Assembly: GCA_965219385.1 (NCBI GenBank)
Contig: CBDCNM010000002.1
Coordinates: 3,482,305 to 3,546,304, forward strand
Direction of reading: 5' to 3'
Length of the DNA stretch: 64,000 bases
From: Candidatus Latescibacterota bacterium
Lineage (GTDB): Bacteria > Latescibacterota > UBA2968 > UBA8231
Of this stretch, positions 58,033 through 64,000 are shown one piece after another. A model generated the notes under the pieces. That model ran no database searches and was not told where the DNA came from. It saw only the letters and a program-made list of their open reading frames with translations. How positions within the stretch are numbered: position 1 is the first letter of the stretch; every line of letters begins with the position of its first letter. The translations under genes were made by a program, and so were the position numbers.

Positions 58033-58466
58033 TGACTCACCGCGTCCAGTTCTACCCCATTATGGGTTCCTCTCGCCTGTATGACAAGGTGGTTTGGAAG
58101 ACATACAGACGCCTCGCCAGGCTGTCGAATCCAGCCCATACGCACACAGATCTTCCGCGGGCATGGAGCCTTTGTGATTCTGGCCGCCCGTCCGGCAATT
58201 TCCACTTCGCTCACTCCGAGAGGTCCTTTAAAACGCAGAACTCGCGACTCGGAGAGTAGGAAAGGGCCCAGTCGGGTTCCATTTGAGAATACCACCAGTT
58301 CGAGGCTCTGCCGGTGATTTCCATTCTGGTAGAAAAGGAGGCCCACTGTACAGACCAATACGCTCAAGATCAACACCTTATCAGCCCTTGTCAGGATCTG
58401 CCACAATCCTTTTAGAGCCAGGCCAGAGGAGGGATACGGTGCTGCTGAAGGTGATGCCGGTGCCAT
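58029..58466 (-). CDS. NusG domain II-containing (DUF1312) exported protein
   Basis: TRAD + TM helix; GPLG..EVEI, CPRKICVRMGWI...CLPN motifs. Confidence 0.87.
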   Translation of the reverse strand: MAPASPSAAPYPSSGLALKGLWQILTRADKVLILSVLVCTVGLLFYQNGNHRQSLELVVFSNGTRLGPFLLSESRVLRFKGPLGVSEVEIAGRAARITKAPCPRKICVRMGWIRQPGEASVCLPNHLVIQARGTHNGVELDAVSQ

Positions 58467-58555
58467 GATCCAAGAACCTGGAGGTGATGTCTCGGGGTCT
58501 ACCCTGATAGTGAATATACGCCAGAGCCCCATCGCGAACAAACACCTGGATTTAC

Positions 58556-58584
58556 TTGACATAGACCGCAAACTTTGCTACACT
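58556..58584 (+). promoter_or_regulatory. Putative sigma70 promoter
   Basis: TTGACA-17 nt-TACACT with an extended -10 TG. Confidence 0.65.
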
Positions 58585-58593
58585 TTGCAACGT

Positions 58594-58610
58594 CTTAGAA
58601 GCCTTCTTAG
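58594..58610. repeat. Collapsed MITE footprint CTTA-GAAGCCTTC-TTAG
   Basis: Same structure as 6074..6090; termini match the 45991 element. Confidence 0.5.
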
Positions 58611-58668
58611 AGTCCACCTGCACTGCCGGTTATTCGTGAGACATCCAAGATTTTCCAGGAGCTGAGTC

Positions 58669-59001
58669 TTGGCCAGAACCTTGAGAGAAACCATTGTAGA
58701 GAAACTCAAATACGTGGACGGGGTGGACGATATTCTCGGAAAGTTTTACTATATCAGTGAACCCGAGGAGTTGAGTCAATCTATCGAATACTGGTTGCTG
58801 CGTACCCCCGAAGGACGCAGCTGGCTAGATGGACTGGGTTTTGTCAGCAAAGAAGCCGTCATCAAGGTCATCGAACAGATCGAGACCAATCTGGAAGAGT
58901 CGAATCGAGATCTGGTGACCAAAATTCAGATGCTCCGATCCTATGTAGACGCCAAGGGGAATCTGGATGTGGAGCCATCTTCGACGGTTGAACCAGGCTG
59001 A
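58669..59001 (+). CDS. Hypothetical protein (110 aa, C-terminal coiled coil)
   Basis: AGGAG RBS, TTG start, promoter upstream. Confidence 0.7.
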   Translation: MARTLRETIVEKLKYVDGVDDILGKFYYISEPEELSQSIEYWLLRTPEGRSWLDGLGFVSKEAVIKVIEQIETNLEESNRDLVTKIQMLRSYVDAKGNLDVEPSSTVEPG

Positions 59002-59136
59002 TGACACCTCGGGGAACGGCTGTGTGAAAAGAATTTTCCCGGGTTGCGGATGATCTACTGAACCGTTGACTTACTACACTAAAATTATATATCTTATAAA
59101 CGTTATGATTTTCAAACGCGAATGGGAGAATCTCCA

Positions 59137-59337
59137 ATGAGCAATTTTAGTGTCGAAATCAGGTCCGACGAACCCTTTGAGAAAGCTCTGCGCCGATTCT
59201 CGGCAAAACTGAGAAAAAACGGCGTTTTACAGGACCTGAAAAAGAGACGGTTCTTCACCAAGCCCTCGGTTCAGAAAAAAATCGACCGCCAAAAAAGTAT
59301 TCGTCGTCAGCAAAAAGTAAACAGGCTTTCTCAGTAA
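59137..59337 (+). CDS. rpsU: 30S ribosomal protein bS21
   Basis: EPFEKALRRF...GVLQDLKKRRFFTKPS; GGGAG RBS. Confidence 0.93.
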   Translation: MSNFSVEIRSDEPFEKALRRFSAKLRKNGVLQDLKKRRFFTKPSVQKKIDRQKSIRRQQKVNRLSQ

Positions 59338-59581
59338 AGAAATCGCTCGAATCGGACGATCCCCGGCCAAAGGACGGGGCGTTCTGCGAGATTTTCGTAA
59401 GCCGACCCCTCCCTCTGCAAGCAGATCTCTAATAAAGAGCATCGTTCTGCACGATGTGCGCGACGAGGGCCACAAGGCTCCCTTTCGCCACTCACTGATC
59501 CAACCTTTCTGGCTCCTGCTCCTTTTACCGGCTCGACACCGGGTTTTCCACTTTTTATCTTTCCATTTTTTAAGTATATTC

Positions 59582-59827
59582 AGCACTTCACGAAATATCC
59601 GTACCTATTTGGACCTCAAGGCCGGGAAGGGATGGTGCCGGCGGCGTTTTATGGGGGGGTGGTAGGGGGAAAAGGGGGCTCTGGGACTCAGGCCTGCCTG
59701 GGAGGGTGGGGTGGGCTGCAAGCAGGTGTAGCAGCAGGAAGGGGGAGCGGGGCAAGAGCGTCCTGGGCATCATAAAACGCCAGAGGCACAAGCCCCGCAC
59801 GGCCGACCGCCGATTCCGTGAAGTACT
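59582..59827. mobile_element. Structured MITE-like dispersed repeat, copy 1
   Basis: Terminal inverted repeat AGCACTTCACGAAAT/ATTCCGTGAAGTACT, internal inverted repeats; homolog at 63383. Confidence 0.75.
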
Positions 59828-59854
59828 CGTCTGGTGCAGTTGAACCAGTCCGTG

Positions 59855-62116
59855 ATGAGCGAAAAGGTATTGCCCAGCTCTGCGCCTCTCAAACCGGCTG
59901 TTTCTGAGTCGACCTCGGCCATTGCTGCGCCCCTACTCCCGGGCAAACTGGACAAAATCCTCGAAGAGGCCCGGGACCACTTGCAGCTTCAGATGCTGCT
60001 GATAGAGGTTGCCTCGTGTAATGAGCAGGCCGATTTTGAACTCATAGCCCGGGCCTATCACTTTGCCAAAAACTACCACGTTGGCCAGACCCGCAAATCA
60101 GGGCATCCCTTCCTGCAACATTGCGTCGAAGTAGCCCGTCTGCTGGCTCAGTTGCGCCTTGATGCCACGACGGTCGCTTCCGGCCTTCTGCACGATGTCC
60201 TGGAGGATACACCCGCAACCTTTGAGGAAGTTGCCGGGGAATTCGGCCCCAAGATTGCAGCCTTGATTGACGGCGTCACCAAAATCGACCGATTCACTTT
60301 TGAGAGTCGGGAAGCGCGCCAGGTCGAGACCTATCGCAAAATGCTGCTTTCCATGGTAGAGGATATCCGCATCATCCTGATCAAGTTTGCGGACCGTCTT
60401 CACAACATGCGCACCCTCGAACACGTCGACCCCGCGCAACAGAAACGCATCTCCCGCGAAACCATTGATATATATGCCCCTCTCGCACACCGCTTTGGCC
60501 TGGCGCGCACGCGCTGGGAGCTGGAAGACCTGAGTCTCAAATACCTGGAACCGGAGACCTACCAGGAAATCCGCGATAAAATCGCCATGAAGCGCCGGGA
60601 GCGCGAAGCTTATATCGAAGAATTCAATGCGCCCATAGAAGAGGAGCTGAGCAAGAACGAAATCGTGGCTGAAATAACCAGTCGGGCCAAGAATTTCTAC
60701 AGCATTTACAAGAAAATGAAAGCCCGGAACAAGCCTTTTGAGGAGATCTACGACCTCATGGCTGTGCGCATCATCGTAAATACAGTGCGCGGGTGTTACC
60801 ACACTCTGGGATTGGTGCACACCATTTACCATCCCATTCCCGACCGCATCAAGGACTATATTGCGACGCCCAAGACCAACATGTACCAGTCCCTCCACAC
60901 CTCGGTGATTGGTCCAAAAGGTATTCCCGTCGAAATCCAGCTCCGTACAAAAGAGATGCACAATACCGCTGAGATCGGCATCGCGGCACACTGGCGTTAT
61001 AAATCGGAAGACATCGGTTCCAGCGATCTGGATCCCCACATATCCTGGTTGCGTCAGGTCCTGGACTGGCAGCGCGATGCCACAGATCCAGCTGAATTTA
61101 TGGAGAACCTCAAGATTGACCTTTTCCAGGATGAGATCTTTGTCTTTACCCCCAAAGGGGACCTCCACCAGCTCCCCAAAGGCGCCACCCCTATCGATTT
61201 TGCCTTTGCAGTCCACACCGATATCGGCCTGCATTGCCTGACCGCCAAGATAAACGGCCAGGTCGTCCCTTTGAGCACAGAGTTGAAAAGCGGAGATACA
61301 GTCCAGATCATCACCTCTCCCCACCAAAAACCCAACCAGTCCTGGCTGCAAATGGTCAAAAGCGGCAAGGCGCGCCACTCCATTCGGCGGTGGTTAAAGG
61401 AGGAACAATACACCCACAGCATCCATCTGGGACGGGAGATGCTCGAACGGGAGTTGAAGAGGTCCCGCAACCTTCCCAAGGATAAAACCCTGGACTCGGT
61501 CGCAGAGGATTTTGGCTTTGCCGACAGCCAGCGTCTCTATGCGGCTATTGGCAGCGGCGTTCTATCAACCAATCGGGTCTTAAACAAGCTCATTCCCAAT
61601 AAACCACGGCCTCGAACAAAACCCAAGTTACAGGACAAACGGGGCATCCGCATACAGGGAATGAACGACCTGATGATCAACTTTGCCAAGTGCTGTACTC
61701 CGATCTCTGGAGACCCCATCATCGGCCTGATCACCCGAGGTCGGGGCGTTTCTGTGCACCGAGCGGATTGTCCTAACATCTCTGATATCACCGAAGACCC
61801 GGATCGCCTTCTGGCCGTAAATTGGGACCTGCACGAAGAGCACTCCTTTACCGTACAGCTGCTCACCAAAAGCCATGATCGCAAATACCTGCTCACCGAT
61901 ATTACCAAGGTCATCAGCGATACCGGCATCAATATCCGCGGATCCAGCACGCGCACGGAAGCCCATATCGCGGAACTATCATTCTGGATCAATGTAAAAG
62001 ATACCCAGCAATTGCAGACGATCATCGAAAAGATCTACCAGGTATCAGGCGTCACCGACGTGCGCAGAGTAGATGAACCGGACACCCCCCCGCTCATCCA
62101 GCCCGACCAGGTCTGA
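59855..62116 (+). CDS. rel: Bifunctional (p)ppGpp synthetase/hydrolase (long RSH)
   Basis: RKSG.P, LLHDVLED (intact HD), ADRLHNMRTL, RIKD, YQSLHT, EIQLRT; TGS (DFAFAVHT), CC.P zinc finger and ACT domain. Start uncertain (59834-59855). Confidence 0.95.
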   Translation: MSEKVLPSSAPLKPAVSESTSAIAAPLLPGKLDKILEEARDHLQLQMLLIEVASCNEQADFELIARAYHFAKNYHVGQTRKSGHPFLQHCVEVARLLAQLRLDATTVASGLLHDVLEDTPATFEEVAGEFGPKIAALIDGVTKIDRFTFESREARQVETYRKMLLSMVEDIRIILIKFADRLHNMRTLEHVDPAQQKRISRETIDIYAPLAHRFGLARTRWELEDLSLKYLEPETYQEIRDKIAMKRREREAYIEEFNAPIEEELSKNEIVAEITSRAKNFYSIYKKMKARNKPFEEIYDLMAVRIIVNTVRGCYHTLGLVHTIYHPIPDRIKDYIATPKTNMYQSLHTSVIGPKGIPVEIQLRTKEMHNTAEIGIAAHWRYKSEDIGSSDLDPHISWLRQVLDWQRDATDPAEFMENLKIDLFQDEIFVFTPKGDLHQLPKGATPIDFAFAVHTDIGLHCLTAKINGQVVPLSTELKSGDTVQIITSPHQKPNQSWLQMVKSGKARHSIRRWLKEEQYTHSIHLGREMLERELKRSRNLPKDKTLDSVAEDFGFADSQRLYAAIGSGVLSTNRVLNKLIPNKPRPRTKPKLQDKRGIRIQGMNDLMINFAKCCTPISGDPIIGLITRGRGVSVHRADCPNISDITEDPDRLLAVNWDLHEEHSFTVQLLTKSHDRKYLLTDITKVISDTGINIRGSSTRTEAHIAELSFWINVKDTQQLQTIIEKIYQVSGVTDVRRVDEPDTPPLIQPDQV

Positions 62117-62241
62117 ATTTCTGCCCTACCTCCTCATTTCCCTCCAGAGCCGTATCCAGTTTTTGTACAATGAGTACCGCTCCAGGATGAGTTCGATTTC
62201 TCTGTGGGTCGGCAAAACGATCATGGGGACACCGAACAGTG

Positions 62242-62270
62242 TTGACAGCACGCCGACCGCCATCTATATT
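62242..62270 (+). promoter_or_regulatory. sigma70 promoter of hisC
   Basis: TTGACA-17 nt-TATATT. Confidence 0.7.
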
Positions 62271-62315
62271 GCGTCAGCCAGCGTTGACCAGCTACCAAGT
62301 CCGACCTCTAAGGTT

Positions 62316-63377
62316 ATGTCAAAAGAATTCTTTCTTCCCCATATCGCCCGGATGGAGGGCTACACACCTGGGGAACAGCCGCGGCAAGGAGGGTACATCA
62401 AGCTCAACACCAATGAAAATCCCTATCCTCCTTCTCCGCTGGCCCTCGAACGACTTCGCGCTGCCTGCCAGGAGGGACTCAGGCTCTACCCGGATTCGGA
62501 GGCCAGAGACGTGCGCCAAAGGTTGGGAGAAATCTTTGCGGTCTCACCTGCACAAACCATGGTGGGCAATGGGTCGGACGAGTTGCTCAGCATCATCATG
62601 CGCTGTTTTGCAGGTCCGAATGACAAGGTCGTATACCCCTATCCCACCTACAGCTACTACCAGAAACTGATCCAGATACAGGATGCCCAGGAAGTAGTCA
62701 TCGATTTTGATGAAGATTTCTCACTCCCACACAACCTGATCGTCGAAGACGCCAAGATCACCCTGGTCGCCAACCCCAATTCCCCTTCCGGAACCCTGAT
62801 CCCCTACGAGGAAATAGAAGATCTGGCGGCCAGAATCGGCGGCATCCTGGTTGTCGACGAAGCCTATGTGGACTTTGCCGCCAGCGGGTGCATTCGCTTG
62901 ATCGATCAGCACCCGAATACCATTATTCTGCGCACCATGTCCAAGTCTTTTTCCCTGGCCGGCGTGCGCCTCGGTTTCGGTTTTGCCGCACCCCAGCTGA
63001 TCGCCGGAATGTGGAAAATCAAGGACCACTACAATGTCAACTGCCTGAGCCTGGTGGCCGCCGAAGCCGCCCTGGATGACATCGGATGGATGCAAGCCAA
63101 TGCCGCGCGCGTCTGCAAGACCCGTGAACGCCTCACAACCAGACTTGCCCAACTCGGCTTTTCGGTCTGGGATTCCTCTGCCAATTTCATTCTGGCCCGT
63201 ATCGCAGCCCCACCCACAGCCTGGTTGTACCAGGAGCTTAAAAAACGCCGGATACTGGTCCGTTACTTCGACCAGAGCCGGCTGCGGGATTGTCTCCGGA
63301 TTACCGTGGGGACAGACCGGGAAATCGATACCTTTCTGGGTGAATTAGAAGATATCCTGGACCTTGGTTCGCCTTGA
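62316..63377 (+). CDS. hisC: Histidinol-phosphate aminotransferase
   Basis: KLNTNENPY, GNGSDE, NPNSPSG, DEAY, RTMSKSFSLAGVRLG and RITVG; start MSKEF at 62316. Confidence 0.93.
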   Translation: MSKEFFLPHIARMEGYTPGEQPRQGGYIKLNTNENPYPPSPLALERLRAACQEGLRLYPDSEARDVRQRLGEIFAVSPAQTMVGNGSDELLSIIMRCFAGPNDKVVYPYPTYSYYQKLIQIQDAQEVVIDFDEDFSLPHNLIVEDAKITLVANPNSPSGTLIPYEEIEDLAARIGGILVVDEAYVDFAASGCIRLIDQHPNTIILRTMSKSFSLAGVRLGFGFAAPQLIAGMWKIKDHYNVNCLSLVAAEAALDDIGWMQANAARVCKTRERLTTRLAQLGFSVWDSSANFILARIAAPPTAWLYQELKKRRILVRYFDQSRLRDCLRITVGTDREIDTFLGELEDILDLGSP

Positions 63378-63382
63378 GATCT

Positions 63383-63587
63383 CACTCGCGAAATACCGTA
63401 ACTATTCGGACCTCAAGGCCGGGAGGGGATGGTGCCGGCAGCGTTTTATGGGGGGGTAGAGTGGGGAAAAGGGGGCTCTGGGACTCAGGCCTGCCTGGGG
63501 GGGTGACGAGGGGCAAGAGCGCCCTGGGCATCGTAAAACGCTGCCGGCACAAGCCCCGCACGGCCAACCGCCGATTCCGTGAAGTAC
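63383..63587. mobile_element. Structured MITE-like dispersed repeat, copy 2
   Basis: Co-linear with 59582..59827 in the same orientation; about 35 bp shorter centrally; left end degenerate. Confidence 0.75.
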
Positions 63588-63629
63588 GGAGAATCCGGTA
63601 GCTCACTCCCAGCCCCAAGCCAGTTCGCA

Positions 63630-64000
63630 TTAATTATTTCCTTTGTGGTTATTACCAAGGCGCTCAAAAATCCGCGGAGTACGCCCACCACGCTGGTAAA
63701 GGCTGGCCAGCATATCGCCCAACAAGCCGGTAGAAAAAAACTGAATCCCGACGATGACCAGGAGTACGCCCAACAGCAACAGTGGAAAACGATCTTGTAT
63801 ATTACCGTATTCGTACCACAAAAAAGCGATGTACGCACAGATCGAGAAGCCGATCAGACTCACGCTTAGGCCCAGGCCCCCGAATATGTGCATGGGCGTG
63901 GTCATGAAGCGCACTACAAAGGTAATGGTCAACAGGTCCAAAAATCCACTCAACAGGCGCCTATAGCCAAACTTTGACTTGCCAAATCGCCGGGGATGAT
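63630..64000 (-). CDS. GT2 polyprenol-phosphate glycosyltransferase (ArnC/GtrB-like), 3' part only
   Basis: Reads HPRRFGKSKFGYRRLLSGFLDLL...PMHIFG, then two TM helices and QFFSTGLLGD. Confidence 0.85.
   Translation of the reverse strand, partial: HPRRFGKSKFGYRRLLSGFLDLLTITFVVRFMTTPMHIFGGLGLSVSLIGFSICAYIAFLWYEYGNIQDRFPLLLLGVLLVIVGIQFFSTGLLGDMLASLYQRGGRTPRIFERLGNNHKGNN

Noticed and set aside
59456..59800. Short ORFs over the repeat copies (also 63374..63630)
   Set aside because: Their similarity comes from the DNA repeat; the frames are not preserved between copies.
59582..63587. Composite transposon or CRISPR-like array
   Set aside because: Only two diverged copies around core housekeeping genes; no transposase, spacers or cas genes.

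Overview
Bacterial chromosomal window from a GC-rich diderm; the gene mix (Minf_1886-type, SelA-like, ThuA, ASPIC/UnbV and M28-FtsX proteins) suggests an uncultured Latescibacterota/FCB-PVC-type organism, which is inference only. No phage, integrase, transposase, rRNA or CRISPR array was seen. Layout: (1) 0-15.4 kb, a glycan/polar-lipid locus with two GT4 glycosyltransferases, a Wzx-like flippase, a degenerate DegT aminotransferase, two stand-alone cytidylyltransferases, two NTP-transferase-like/CDP-alcohol phosphotransferase fusions and an LPG-synthase flippase-TolC-MlaC/DUF3047-MlaC-MMPL export module, followed by tRNA-Gly(GCC); (2) 15.6-31 kb, envelope and housekeeping genes (TPR/FG-GAP/UnbV protein, PBP1A, DUF2953-YtfJ, rlmN, M23 peptidase, larC); (3) 31-41.5 kb, a rearranged dppABC/TPR/glgB region with an apparently exact 1189-bp tandem duplication, a probable ~4.8-kb microhomology-bounded inversion and a doubly frameshifted glgB; (4) a DprE1/DprE2-like pair, recD2, SelA-like and ThuA genes; (5) 48-57.4 kb, the best candidate for an undescribed system: a co-oriented cluster of a 1587-aa M28 pseudo-peptidase/FtsX-permease fusion, an OPT-like transporter with a soluble insert, an internally duplicated unknown protein, a stand-alone PqqD/RRE protein, a small ORF and a PAP2-like protein; (6) NusG_II/Gx transporter, rpsU, rel and hisC, with rel-hisC flanked by two copies of a structured ~200-245-bp MITE-like repeat. 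A second tiny MITE family occurs as one 62-bp copy and two 9-bp collapsed footprints. All family assignments come from motif recognition by eye, not database searches.
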